Below, in pieces: positions 14,177 through 27,834 of a DNA stretch of 64,000 nt (positions within the stretch are counted from its first letter, which is position 1; every line of letters starts with the position of its first letter). Origin of the DNA: Chrysomallon squamiferum (Eukaryota > Animalia > Mollusca); contig CM022676.1 in the NCBI GenBank assembly GCA_012295275.1, forward strand, positions 14,136,001 through 14,200,000, in the 5' to 3' direction. The notes beneath the pieces are model-generated. The model saw only the letters and a program-made list of their open reading frames with translations, had not been told where the DNA came from and searched no databases. Made by a program: the position numbers and the translations under genes.

Positions 14177-15076
14177 CAGTTTAACATTAAATATAATTTA
14201 GTAATTTTTGAAACTGTATATTTTATTTCTTTTCAAATGTTTTCATTATTACAGTTATAGATATTTTGCTTATATTATTCATTAACATGAATTTTTTTAA
14301 TAAGTGATTTTGTAGTGTTATATCATATAATCTCCAGATTCTTTAATATGACAATAATCCAAATTCCTACTTATTAATCATTTTTAATGCTATCACTTAG
14401 ATCTTCCTATTTTTAAAACTTTCTGCTAATACTTTAAAACATATATAATCCTGATACTGTCAGATACTATAAGTTATGGATGGATCAATGAAGGGCATAT
14501 TTCCTTTTTAGCAGAAGAAAGGAAGTTCTACAAATGTTCCTACAACAACTCCAAACTTGGGATCAGGTTCTGGCTGTAATTTAGTTTGTACTATCCTCAT
14601 TACAGTTATCACTGTCACAGGTCTTTGCATAATCATAACATGCTGTCTGATATCACTAAGAAACCAAAACACAAAGAAAAATGATAAAACTACAAACTGA
14701 GGTTTCTGTTGATATCAAAGCAGAAGAAAATTTTAACATTCAAGAGATCACTGACAAAAAACATGACACTGAAGATGTAGAAATTTCACAGTCTGTCAAA
14801 GATGGGATTGCTAATGAATCTTCACACAATATGTCTGGTAACCATGGAAGTTCTGAAGATTACTCATATAATCAGACAAATGTAAAACCTGCAAATCAAC
14901 CAGTCAGTAAAGATGTCTGTAAAGAACTCACAAAATCTGAAGTTTGTCAACAGTCAGTCACTGATTTACTGAATAAAACTGATGTGAGCAACAATACTAC
15001 CAGACAGAATTACAATAATGTTGATCATCAGAAAACAAAACATATTACTACTATTGATGTGAAAATCAAATTATAA
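11861..15076 (+). CDS. Gene A: single-Ig type-I transmembrane receptor (possibly frameshifted in its last exon)
   Basis: Exon 11861-11927 is a signal peptide MKIKEFKIILIFVCTAFSKSIL-G (G|GTGAGT). Exon 12778-13086 (309 nt, phase 1-1, no stops) is EYVITKSEETVLKGSSLTFTCNTGSQVDRIVWTRNG...NCNGALPEKYNFRCSERIIFNLTIP...NGTKWKCQDEFG...LILIVT. Region ~14512-14700 gives a stalk and TM: GSSTNVPTTTPNLGSGSGCNLVCTILITVITVTGLCIIITCCLISLRNQNTKK. A hydrophilic tail ORF at 14681-15076 is in the next frame. Confidence 0.8.
13725..13920 (+). mobile_element. Tigger/pogo transposase 5' fragment (CENP-B/psq-type HTH), intronic
   Basis: Reads PKKVSAKDSAEKKKQMMSIELKLEIIEKHE / GVCVVRMARQYECSTFMI*TILKQ..SIKAI, recognisable as the N-terminus of a TIGD1-like Tigger transposase. 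The start codon is lost, and there is a frameshift and a stop. Confidence 0.8.
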
Positions 15077-17029
15077 ACAAATGAAGCAGTTCCAAATTTA
15101 ATTTGTTTTTTATTTGCTTCAGCTCAGTATACTTAGCTACATTTTTCATTATTTCAGATAATTTCTAGATGCCAGTGATTGTTTCTGGATTCTGCTTAAC
15201 TAATCAAGGAATAGCTTTATTTCTATCTTTTAATTCTGATATAGCAAAAAAAAAAAAAAAAAAAAAAACTTTTAAAAGAAGTTTATACTATGTTGACTGT
15301 TTTACTTGCACATTGAGTAATATGCTTATTAACATAAATAAAGTTACAGCTTGATGCCTGTCTTTCACACATTGCACACAGAGTGACATAAATACAAATA
15401 TGCTGTTTTATTATACTGTAAAACCTTTTATAAACACTTTTTAACAGTTTTGAATATAATGTTTGCAGTAAGAACTTCCATGACAGATTAATATATATTA
15501 ACTAAAATTGTGAAAAATGTATTTTTTCTTTCATTCTTTCTTTTCTTCAACAGAGCATCACTATTACTATTATATACCTGGTTTTTTATATATGTAAAGT
15601 TTCACCAATACATATGTTGAACCCAGAAATCACCAATTGTTGACCTGTGCTGTCAGTGTGTTTTGTTGTGGAATGTCCTGTACGGATGTTTTAATGAGAC
15701 GGACCAGAATGTTTACATTTGATCTGATTATATTTCTGATTTATTATCTGAAATTATAGTTTGTAAATTAGATATTACTGTTACTTGTCTAGTTTTAGTA
15801 ATCAGATTACACCTTTTGCATCACCTTGTCCTTTGATATTATAGTAATAATAATATTATTATTAATATTATTATCTATTGGATATTTTTGTTTTTCTTTT
15901 TTAAAATGTTTTTTCTCCACTTCACTTGTTTTTACCATACTAAAGCTTAATTCATACACATTATTTGTTTTATTTATATAAATGTGTTTATATTAGAATC
16001 GACAACAACAGAAACAACACCATCAAGCAGTAAGTGACATAACCACATTGTTAGCCCTAACCTTGTGCTAATCATTCATGTAACCTCAGTTCCCATTCCA
16101 CTGTTCTTAATAAAACCATCTGAAATCTTTATATGCAAAACCACTAATTAAAAACTGGTCAAGAATGCATGAAAATGATTCTTTTCACAATATAAAATGA
16201 TTTCATCTAATCAACACATTTCATTATTAAATTAACGTAAATTATGCAAGTTTATGGAATCTGAGTAAACACAGACTTAAGACAGCCATAACGAAGGTGT
16301 TTGACTCAGACAAAATGATGGATACCACTAACATGGATGATAGCAACATAGTGGTCATTGCTGACATCCTAGTCTAAGTAAAAGTCCTAGCCAATGTTAT
16401 ATGCATTCACTTTAACTGGTTAGTGGTAGACAGTTAGAGTTCAGCCAGTCAGTGCAGAATCAGTGTTTTTTAACCTCTATTAATTTGGCTTACAAGCAGA
16501 CAAAAACTTTATGAATTGCATGGAGAAAAAGATAAAGATTTGCTCATAAATGGAGTGTTGTTGTTTCTTTGATCATGAGTTTTTCTGTGAATTCATAACC
16601 TGCGCTTGTAAAACAGGATGTTTTAAACACTCCACGTAGCACTTTCGCTTTCAGGGAAATCAAATATTTACAGCAGTTTCTTCTAATGAATATACATGTA
16701 CAGGTCTGTATATATAAACATATATCTATATATCTAGCTATGTACCTATATATTAATGTATGTATGTATTCATATTTACAAGCATAATTCACACAGTTTT
16801 CTTAAATCACATTTAAATTGCAAATAACATGTTTACCACAATACACTTCTTTGTAAATACAAAGAAACACTAATGAGTAAGAGTTAATCGTTCACTAGGG
16901 CAGTTCTTTGAGGACTGTATGCAATTATATATTATGTAAAGAAGCCCTTCGCCTTACATAGACAGATGATGTATATCAAGTTAATTTTATTCCGCTTAAA
17001 GAACAACTTACTATTCTCTGTTTTCAGTT

Positions 17030-17102
17030 TTCGGAGGCTAATTTCAATTAAATCAATAGTCTGGGACCGCAAAAAAACCTTTGAGAAACAGGTTTTTACT
17101 GT
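17030..17102 (-). mobile_element. Possible pogo/Tigger-like terminal inverted repeat remnant
   Basis: The reverse complement begins CAGTAAAAACCTGTTTCTCAAAGG...GCGGTCCCAG, resembling CAGT-starting pogo-type ends. No partner end was identified. Confidence 0.3.
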
Positions 17103-17242
17103 TGTCAGCATTTGAATTTTTTGAAGGTCATTAAGAACGAATATAAGTGCTTGACTGGGACAAGACTTTCACTTCTGGAGATAGACGTGCTTGAAAGATA
17201 TGAGTATATGTGTGCTGCTAGATATTTGGTAGTAATTAAAGG

Positions 17243-17274
<32 letters not shown>

Positions 17275-19168
17275 TTTTAGATCAAATAAACGGAAGCGAT
17301 TCCACATTTTCTTCAATGATTTATGTAATAATCACGTAAGTAGTCTTGTAACTATTTTCTTTTTATTAGTTATTTTATTGTAATATTAATTTTATCAGCT
17401 TTCCTCTCAGTATATCTGCATGTATTATCTGTACCTATGTCTAGTATCGCTCAGTCTGTTTGTTTCTGTTATTCTGTATATCTACTTTTCTGTCGGACCG
17501 TCTTCAAGTACTTGTGTATGTATGTATATATGTATTATCTATATGTACATGTAAAGATGTGCCTGTATCAGTGTATGTAATGATGTCTATCTACATAGGT
17601 TGTCTTTTTTGATGTCTGTGTACCTTTCTTGTCTGTGTCTGTGCTTATCTATTTCCGTGTGTCTAATAATTCTTTGTTTATCATTTTATCTTTATTTTAT
17701 CTTTCTTCAGGTTTATCAACACTTTAGTCATCACTGGTTTGCTGTAGATCTACAGACTCCTCAGAGATAGATAAACACTGAAATATGAGATGTATAAAAT
17801 ATTGACAACAATCTAAATTATATTCTTGTTTCTTTCTTTGGGTTTTATCCTCAATATTATCATTATTATTATTATTATTATTATTACTATTGTTACTGTT
17901 GTTATTATTATTATTAGTATTATTAGTATTATAACTTACTTTGTATATTTATATATGTATTAAAATGATTCTTTTGTTTTTAAGTTTTTCTAAATGAAAT
18001 ATAATACATATGTATATTTCTAGAATTTAATTTGTAACTAAATACAATATTTTATTTAGTGTGAAAGACTGATCTTATAACATTTTGACAGTTACTTTTA
18101 GAATAATTGGAAATAATTTAAAACTGTGTTTCTTTTTATCATTTGCAATTAAACAGTGTATTAGTATACATGTGCCAAATACCTGTTAGAATTACAAATC
18201 AGAAGTAACTCATCAGTTAGAATGCTGGTATATTTTCAGTACATTTCAAAGCATTTCAGAAAGAACACATTTTTATAAGAAAAGTGTTGACGTTGGTTGT
18301 TAGTATTCTTACAGTTATTAAAGTGTTTTAATATTTATAAAATTATTGAAATTCATTGTTAAATGTTAAGTGCTTTAATGTACTTTTTTTTGTTCCATAT
18401 TTAAACAGTTTCAAATTTCAACTATGGTGTTGTTTCTACTTTATTTATTTTAATTGAAATTTTTCTCTATTTGAATTTAGTCTGTTCAAAGGTAAATTTT
18501 CTTTTGAACATGTCATTAAAAAGACTGAATTTTAATGTGTGCTTAACTTGTATTTTATGTTCTTTCACGCACTCGAACAGCATGGCGTGCCTTACTAAGC
18601 TGCCAGGTTTTCACTATTCGCGTTAAAACGGCTAAAATAAACTCATCTGTATTATGAGACTAATCTTTAAACTAATAAATGATGCAATATATGAATTTCA
18701 AAGGTTATTATTTATTTAGTTAGTTATCTATTTATTTATTATTATAATTTCTGCTAAAAAACTGGAGACGGTTATCAACCAGAGCTTATGGTAAGATAAA
18801 GATAAAAACATAATTTTTTTTTTTTTTTTTTTGCTGTTGTTATACGATTTTGTTTTTTGTAAAACGATCTGTGACATACAAAAAAATCAGTTATCGTTCC
18901 AGATTAATTCTGGGCGCGAGTACATTTCATAACATTATAGAAACTATGAGTGAAATGCTTTAATATCCATGCTCCATGTAAACGTCTTAATTATGCACAT
19001 ACGGAATGTTTCGAATTTCAACACTGACAATAACGCTTTTACTTTTTTCTTTTATTCTTTTAAGTGAATCTTTTATCTTTAAAATAGTTACATTTGTTAA
19101 TGATTTGTATATAAGTTATTAAAATGTTCTCCTTTCTGTATGTTCAGTTTGTTATTTTAAAAGTACGT

Positions 19169-19269
<101 letters not shown>

Positions 19270-20198
19270 TATTTCAGTTATCTTAGAGAGCTGTAATAAA
19301 GTGACAGTGTAATAATATTAAATAGAATGTTGTAGTTTTTCATTATTGACTGAAGTTGGGTCTATAAGGCAACATATGATGTCATCCTCCTTTCTACTAT
19401 CTTATTTGCTGAAAATAATAACGAAACGGATATTTTCACACAGTATCTGTAATACTGAGATATTTTCACAAAAGATCTGTAATAGTGAGATATTTAAATA
19501 TGATATTTACTGTAATAAAAAAATGATCATTGTAAGCTGGTTTTAATTTCATTCAGCTAATTTGCTATATTACTTTTATTTACATTGTGTTCTAAACGAC
19601 AACATGATTCCGCTTCAGTTTGGAGTTGGGTTTTGATACAAATAGAAAACGTAATTAAGAAGATAATCTTTTGTAGTTCTGATATCTCTACAGTCACTTT
19701 CTAATTTTTACGAATTAGATGCCTTACATTAAATATAGACAATTAAGTGATAAAATAATGTGTTGATTAATATTTAATATTTTGTTAGAAAAAGTACATA
19801 CATTAGATATAAAATAATGAGTTACTGACGTATTCATTAAACAGTCACCATGTAAACAGCTGTAGATTATTTGCTACATTCAAGAATGTAATAAATGTCG
19901 TATACGTTTTGCTGAGTTAGGGGAATGATGTAACCTACGACAAGAAATCTTCTCTCGTTTTACAAATACAAATATTTTATAAAGAGTCACAAGATATGAT
20001 TTACTAACAAACAATTAAAAATTTTTTTTTTTTAAAAATAACATTCTTGTGAAATGTAATGAATAAAGTGAAATAAATATACAAAAAATAGACACATTAA
20101 TAGAATGACAGCGCTATAGAAATGTGACACAATAACCTAACCTAGATAAAGTACAACTCGTGTACCCGCAAGAAACAAGTTTAGTCAAAACATTCACA

Positions 20199-20253
20199 AT
20201 GGCGCCATTGAGATATTTACTAGTTTCTGTCATGATTGTTACATGTAGTACAG
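20199..20253 (+). pseudogene. Duplicate signal-peptide exon with a dead splice donor
   Basis: Encodes MAPLRYLLVSVMIVTCST-G in 55 nt and is paralogous to 20596-20650. It is followed by GGAAGT instead of GTAAGT. The upstream ~100 nt is also duplicated. Confidence 0.75.
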
Positions 20254-20341
20254 GGAAGTTTCATTCATTTATTTTTTTATTTGGTTATTCATTTATTTAT
20301 TTATTCATTTGTATTATTCAGATTTATGCCGGTTAGAGCCG

Positions 20342-20389
<48 letters not shown>

Positions 20390-20595
20390 TAGTTATTCAT
20401 CTTGTTTATCTGTTTTTATTATTTTTGATTTTAGTCTTGAGAAGAATGAGATATTTTATACCTTAACCGAGATAGAAGTAGACGCTTTATTACAGTGAGA
20501 GCGCTGAAGTAATAACGTGACCGAGTAAGATAACCTAGATAGACTGGCTATAACTTGTGTACCCGAAAGAAACAAAGTAAATCACAACATACACT

Positions 20596-20650
20596 ATGGC
20601 GATAGTGGGATACATACTTGTTTCTGCTTTGATTGTTGGCTATTGTTTAG
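20596..20650 (+). CDS. Locus B signal-peptide exon
   Basis: Encodes MAIVGYILVSALIVGYCL-G in 55 nt, with a phase-1 donor TAG|GTAAGT. Confidence 0.85.
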
Positions 20651-20884
20651 GTAAGTTTTATTATTACTATGTAATTCATACATTGAAACAAATATGTTAG
20701 ATATTACAGATAAAAACTGTGTACTGAAAAGTTATTCAGTCTGTGCCCTGGTTAAAACTAGTTTGGTGTATATTATTTAAACTGCACGTCGTCTCTGTGA
20801 AAAGTGAATGAATCGGACTATGAAGTCCCATAAACTGTAAGGAACGTTAAACATATCAGATTTGCGACGTATATTTTTATGATA

Positions 20885-20945
<61 letters not shown>

Positions 20946-22308
20946 GAACAATAATAATAATAATAATGATATTAATAATAATAATAATAATAACAATTAT
21001 GTAATAAATATATAAAGAACAGAAAGAGATGCGATTAAGATTTTGTTTTATTTCGATGTTGTGAAGTGCAGTGTTCTACAGTGATAGTAAAATATATAGT
21101 GACAGCTAGTATACTGTTATAATGTTACAGCTCATTGATACACTGAGTATGAAAAGTCTTGTATGTGATGTAAATGTTTTAAATGTATACTCTGTTATTA
21201 GCAGATATACGTCCTTATATTAATGTTGAATATTGTTATCAGTGCATTTGCAGAATTACACTGTACAGCTATCTGAATTATTCATTTCTTCATTTGTTCT
21301 TCAAGGTAAATGTTTCTTGTGTTTATATATTTATATATAATTATTTACCTATATTGGTAATTAATATAAGCTAAATCGTACCACTAACAATTAATCACTT
21401 GCAATACCATTTAGCGAATATTTTAGTCAAAACAAATATTTTAGAAACATGTGACAGAGACAGGAAGTATTATTTTTGTAGAAAGAAAGAGCTAATTTTC
21501 TATAACAAATGAAAAGTAACTACACTGACTGTACTTCATTCAGTTTTATCTAATTTATCGTGAATGCAGTTAATTAATTAAAAGACTGAAAGACATAAAC
21601 AAATTCCCCGACAAAAAAAAAAAAAAAAAAAAAAAAGACTTACGCTTAGATTATATTTCACATAATGGAGTTGTCGGAAATGATCTACTGAAATACTTCA
21701 AATTGTTACTCTAAAAAATTATCTTCGAGAAACAAAAAATCATTGAATAATTAAGAGCAAGAAAACAAATCTACGGCAAAATGTGTATAACAGTTATTCT
21801 TATCACTATTGCAATCCGGACACCATTTGTAATCTATCTATCTATCTATCTATCTATCTATAATTTTGTTTTCGTGAATAAATTTCCTTGTTCAAACTAA
21901 AGTAATGTACGTAACAGTATACCAAGTGAAATTATTAGATAACCAATTTTATAATTACTGACTGTACAATAGCACATAACACATTAAAATCAAATTGATA
22001 TACGTACTCTTACACTGTTCTTTATTCAGAACATTATATATCTTTATAATATCTGGTTTCAGTTGACAGTTATCACTGTAGTGACCAGTTAGTACAGTGT
22101 GTAATGAATGATAATTAAAATCGTGAATAGTTTCATAGATTTTTACTGTGAATCACTAAATAATTCAAACTTCTAGAGGACTGTATGGTAGTATACGTGC
22201 AAAATATATTGTATTATGTCAGGTTGACGGCCGAATACATTGGAAAAATGTTAGACACTGAATATCTGAAATAATTAACATGCGGTTTGAATCATTTTAG
22301 GTAAGACA

Positions 22309-22373
<65 letters not shown>

Positions 22374-22471
22374 TAAAAAATAATTTAAAAAACTATTTAA
22401 TTTTTTCAAATCTCCATTTTTTTTTTTTTTGAATAATGTATTCATTTATTACTTAATTGTTTTCCGTACAG

Positions 22472-22831
22472 GTGTATCATTGAAGATATCTGGTTCTTTG
22501 TCTTATGCAGTGTTGAATGAGAAATTTACATTTACTTGTTCTGTGTCACAGGCTGCTGGTCTTAGTGATCTGATACTATTTTATAAACTAAAACCTGGAG
22601 GTCATAAACAGCTGCTAGGTTCTCTCTATCAGACTGTTGATAGTTGTTCTTTATTCAATCGTGCTACTGGCTACACTCCAGTGTGTGGAGAAGGGATAGA
22701 CGTTGGATCATCAAGTGTAAAGAACTACACGCTGACCATAAACAGAACTTCAGCTGATGATGAAGCACTTTGGTGGTGTCAACTGAATACAGCTTTAAAC
22801 AAGAGCAACAATTTTACTTTACCTGTTTACT
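22472..22831 (+). CDS. Locus B Cys-rich V-like Ig exon 1
   Basis: 360 nt, phase 1-1, CAG acceptor and GTAAGT donor. Motifs: FTFTC...SC...GYTPVC...YTLTINRTSADDEALWWC. Confidence 0.9.
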
Positions 22832-23001
22832 GTAAGTAATTATCATATTAACTAAACAAGTATTGGAATTTTAATCATTTTAAACATTAAACTAAATAAA
22901 ATGATATTAATTTGTGTCCGTGTAACATCAAATAAAATTACATTTCCATACGTAGACTGTAGATAATGTTTATTAAATATTATTCTAATTTTATTACTTA
23001 G

Positions 23002-23262
23002 ATGGTCCAGACTCTGTTACACTCAGTTTAACATCACCTGTTGAAGTGGTAGAAGGACACAGTCTCAGTGTTGACTGTGTTGCTGTGTGTAAGCCAAGCT
23101 GTTCCTACTCGTGGAAGCTGGGAAATGATGAACTCACATCAAACTCTCAACTGAGACTGTCAAACATCAGCAGGAATGAAGCAGGAAATGTTTACACGTG
23201 TACAGTGACACACTCTGAAACAAAACAGTCTGAAAGTAACACTGTAACACTGACTGTCTTCT
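23002..23262 (+). CDS. Locus B short Ig exon (Ig_2/I-like)
   Basis: 261 nt, phase 1-1. Reads GPDSVTL...VVEGHSLSVDCVAVCKPSCSYSW...LRLSNISRNEAGNVYTC. Confidence 0.9.
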
Positions 23263-23705
23263 GTGAGTTACTCAGATTTTTCTTTGATATTATTAACATC
23301 GTTAAAATTTAATAGATAGCATTTCAATCAGCATAAGTCTAAAACAAAAGAGACTAAAAGTAACCAGTTGACACTGACAGCTTATTGTGAGCTATATTTT
23401 TAAATATCTATTTAATTTTGAGTCTCGTTTTCACTAGTATTAAATTACAGTAACAACACCGAAACAAAACAGTCTGAAAGAAACAACTTCGGACTGACAA
23501 TTTACTTTGAGTTATTCAAGTTTCATTGCAAAACATGAATGTTTAACAGTATTTACCTCTAATTGACTGAACTTAATGGAGTATTGATTTTAATCTCTTC
23601 TTGTTTTAAATTTAAATGCAAAGCTTAGTTAATTGTTACAAGATTAGACTCAATAATTTTAGTAATACATAACAGTGCTTTTGTCACATTTATTATTATT
23701 ATTAT

Positions 23706-23778
<73 letters not shown>

Positions 23779-24271
23779 TTAGTTTTAGTAGTAGTATTCT
23801 TGAATCTTGTTTGATAGTAAATGTATCAAAAGGTTATAAATTTCTAGGAATAAACAACATTCATAAGAAAAAAACAGTCTGAATAAGAAACCTTTGATGG
23901 GAATGCTAATCATAATTCATGAAGAAAAAAAAAGTATACATAAGTGGAAAAGAAATAAAACGAATAAATTAAAAATATGCTTAAGAGAGATCTAATCAGA
24001 AGATATTAATTAACTTCATTAAAGAAATGAGAAGAACAATATTTTTGTGATTGTAATAAATTTAATTATTATATTTTATTTATATTACTCTTTTATATTA
24101 ATAACGAGTTTATGCATCAGATAAACTGCAAATATTCCCAATCTCTTACTGCTTTTTTTCATAAAAAAACGTCAAAGCAGAATGAAAAAAATAAATTACT
24201 GATTTGCTCGTACGAGTTTTCTATAATATATTTTTCAAACAGTAATCAATTACTGAGCTCTTTCATTTCAG

Positions 24272-24480
24272 TTCATCTCCAGCTGTTTCAGGAACAACGT
24301 TTCCTGTGTTTGAAGGTGACACTGTCACACTGAACTGTTCTACAACTGGTGGGAACCCAAAACCAAATCTGAACTGGACATGTTATAATCCTGTACACTG
24401 CTCTGACAGAGAAGAAACCAGAACATGTACAATATCTTTCATAGCTAACAGGACTCAGCTAACTGTTTACCACAGTAGAA
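24272..24480 (+). pseudogene. 3'-truncated C2-type Ig exon
   Basis: Reads SSPAVSGTTFPVFEGDTVTLNCSTTGGNPKPNLNW...TISFIANRT, then loses Ig character. It has no F-strand Cys and no donor, and runs on to a stop at 24533. Confidence 0.75.
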
Positions 24481-25021
24481 ATCAAAACCAGGAAAATAAG
24501 ACAATACGAAATGATGAGAAAAACAAGAAATAACAATAAAACAAACAAACACGAAAAGAACAGTGAAGATTTTTTTATTTAAAAACATAAACACACACAC
24601 AAACACACACACACCCACAAACACACACACACACACACGAACAGAAAGACATGGAGAGAGAACACGCACAGATAGACAGATACATACATCATTTCCAAAT
24701 AAGGAATATTAATAAAGCATTCAAACAATTTTATTGATTATTATTCATTTAAACAGTTACGTTTGGTATTTGTTATTTATTTTTGTTTTATGTATATGTT
24801 TGTGTTTGTGTGTGTGTGCGCGCGCGCGCGCGCGTATGTGTGTGTGTATTTCTAGACAGACAGAGAGATAGATGTAGATAGTAATAACATTTCATATTTT
24901 TCTATTTTTCTTATTTCTTTAGTATAATTTAATTTAATGTTATTTTATTTTATTTTATTTTATTTCATTTTATACATCGTGTCTTTACTTTATTAATATA
25001 ATTACTGAAAATGTTTTTTAG

Positions 25022-25327
25022 GTTTTGTAAACCTTTCTGGTTTTCCCTCTGCTGTGTTCAGACAAAGCTACACATTCCAGTGTTCTGTGTCAGGCAGCAT
25101 CACTTTACCTGTCAGCTTTGTAAGAAATAAAAATATTATTTGTACAGTTCTGTCATCTTGCCATCAAGTTGATCCTGATCCTGGTTACTCTTGTACATGT
25201 GCTGGTCAGACTGGAACTTCTACACTCTTCAATCTGACAATAAACAGTGTCAGTCTTGTAGATGAAGCTAAGTGGACATGTACATATGATGGAAGTATTA
25301 GCAACAATTGTTATTTACAAGTTTTCA
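25022..25327 (+). CDS. Locus B second Cys-rich V-like Ig exon
   Basis: 306 nt, phase 1-1. Reads GFVNLSGFPSAVFRQSYTFQC...IICTVLSSC...GYSCTC...FNLTINSVSLVDEAKWTC. Confidence 0.9.
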
Positions 25328-26559
25328 GTAAGTTATTTGTTTTTAATTTGATTAAGTACTTTTTATTATTTTATGTTGTACTTTAGTGTAGTAATTATTA
25401 GTTGCAATTTATACACAATAACAATTTTATTCAACAGATACATCAAACATTTCAAAATGAAAAGATGAATATATTCACCGAAATGTGTTAGGCAAACATT
25501 TATCAGCAAACAAAAATAAAATAATTAGGTTTTTTTCTGTTTAAAACTTTTTAAACAAACTACAAATTTATGATCACACGAATAAAAAACAAAATCAATC
25601 ATTATGTGTCATAATAATGGAAATATTAAGCTGAACATAGTATAGTTAAATAGAATATTTTGTATTCTGATATTTAATCTATGACATTTTATTAATTTAT
25701 GTCAGAAAAAGAAACAATTGATATAAACTATACATATCTGAATCAAACAACAAAACTTTTTAAAAGAAGTGGTGTTGTTTTTTTTGCACTGAAATTTAGT
25801 ATGTTTTGACAAATGTAAGAACATTTGCTCCTGAATTATTAAATGAAGTAGATTTAACTGAGCTTCATAAAAGGCTGTATTCTTTCTCAATAGTGTACAT
25901 CAGTCTTTATGTTAAACTCAGTGTACTAAAGAGAAGGTGATAAAATGACTACTAGTTCAAGGCTGTGCACAAAAAGAGAATATACTGATGAGCTGCACTG
26001 AAAACAACTGATAATTTCTCTCAAGAATAATAGTTAATGGTGTTAGGTGTTCAAGCATAGTTTGTCAATTGCTTTAATAATCTTGACATACTAAACACTT
26101 ACACAGTTGTAGATAGTGCATGACTAATTCACCATCAAACATCAAGTAAATTATAAGCAAATAGATGTTCAGCAATGAATGCAGGAATAAAATAACTCAT
26201 ACTTAGCTATTCAGTTTTGTTTTGTTTTTGTGTAATGGATTATAATTCAAATTAATGTTCATATATTTCCTGGGATTTTGTGGAGGTAGATTGAAAGCAA
26301 ACAAACTCTATGACTATGTAGGTCTTATTCAACAACCAGTCCGGACAAATTCCAAGACAGCTGTTGATACACTAAGAAATCTGAGCAGCTCACAGACCGA
26401 AAGACCTAGACATGAGCTGATCACTTGGACCAGTGAAAACTGACCACTGGTGAAAACCTGTTAGCTGGAAAGATAATGATGAATTTGCCATTTTGGTTCC
26501 ACCGAACTGCATGTACAATGACTTGCCTCATAAACATTCCATATATTTATATTTTTCAG

Positions 26560-26898
26560 CTCCAGTTAATTATACAATCACAGAAGTTTCTGGATCAAGA
26601 CCAAACTCATTTAACATCACTGAGGGAAACTCTGCTGTTTTTACCTGTGTTGTACAGGGAGCCAAACCAGCACCGACTGTTTCACAGATCTTGTGGTACG
26701 TAGACAGTAACAAGCTTCCTGTCAGCATCACTGGATCTCCCACTACTACTGACAGACTGACAACATTAAATGTGACGTACACAGCCAGCAGAGAACATGA
26801 TGGTCAGAAAGATTTCTGTGCTACTGAAAATAACTTGATGATTGACCAAAGTATCCCTGCTGTCAACTCAAGCAACAAAATTGGATTAGTAATTCAAA
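26560..26898 (+). CDS. Locus B C2-set (nephrin-like) Ig exon
   Basis: 339 nt, phase 1-1. Reads EGNSAVFTCVVQGAKPAP...ILWY...LNVTYTASREHDGQKDFC. Confidence 0.9.
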
Positions 26899-27834
26899 GT
26901 AATTATTTATTTTATTTTTACAAATTTAGAAATCTCCCATTTATTTCAACAAATGAAATATGACTGACATTAACATAACATTAGAAGTGCAAATTCACAT
27001 CAGTAATTCATATCTTAAAGTTTAGTCAAAATAATTATGAAGATTGTTTAAAATATCTGTTTGGTGTGTGTGTGCGTGTGATTTATATGTGAATGCACTT
27101 GTAACATTGCCGTATGTTTTTATTTCTATTAGTACAGTTACTCGAGTTAAACAGATTACAAAACATGATTGAACATAAACTGTATTATATTCATAATTAT
27201 TCACTGTTGTGAAATTTTGTTATGTCATGAAAAAACTAGGACTGCCCGAAAATACAGTTAAATAATTTAAAAAAAACTTTAACCGGAATTAACTTTTTCA
27301 TTTTCTAGTACTGCTTATGATATTGAAACTAAATAAAGTATGAAAATAGTTTTCACTTGATCTGAACTTGAGAGTTATGAATTGAATACCATTGTGTTTT
27401 AAGTGTCAGTAGTTTAAAGGATTCTTGTTTCAAAAAACAAAAATGAAATAGTTTTTTGTTACTTGTTAATTATCAGTAAATTCTATCAGGAGTATTACGA
27501 TCACTGCATTTAACTGAATTAATAATTTCTGTTACATATCAGTTTTATTATATGAACAAAATTATCGTATTATAATAAAACTTTTATAAACTTAGTTCAT
27601 TATTAACAAACTAACAAGAAAAGAGGAATGATCACTGTTATCACCGTACATAGAATACACTAACTAATATGTGAAGAGTAGATTTCTGTAGATATTTGAC
27701 TTCATTCTGGTTCAGAAGTGACAGAACTGAACTGAAATAACAGTTTTCCTATGTTTATTTAACGGTCAGGTAATTATTAAATAATTCAATTAAATTTAAC
27801 ATATTTTTATTAATATGAAATGTTCTGCTTGCAG

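Noticed and set aside
19425-19500. ~30-bp unit repeated 2-3 times (GATATTTTCACA...ATCTGTAATA.TGA)
   Set aside because: A short local slippage duplication with no further structure.
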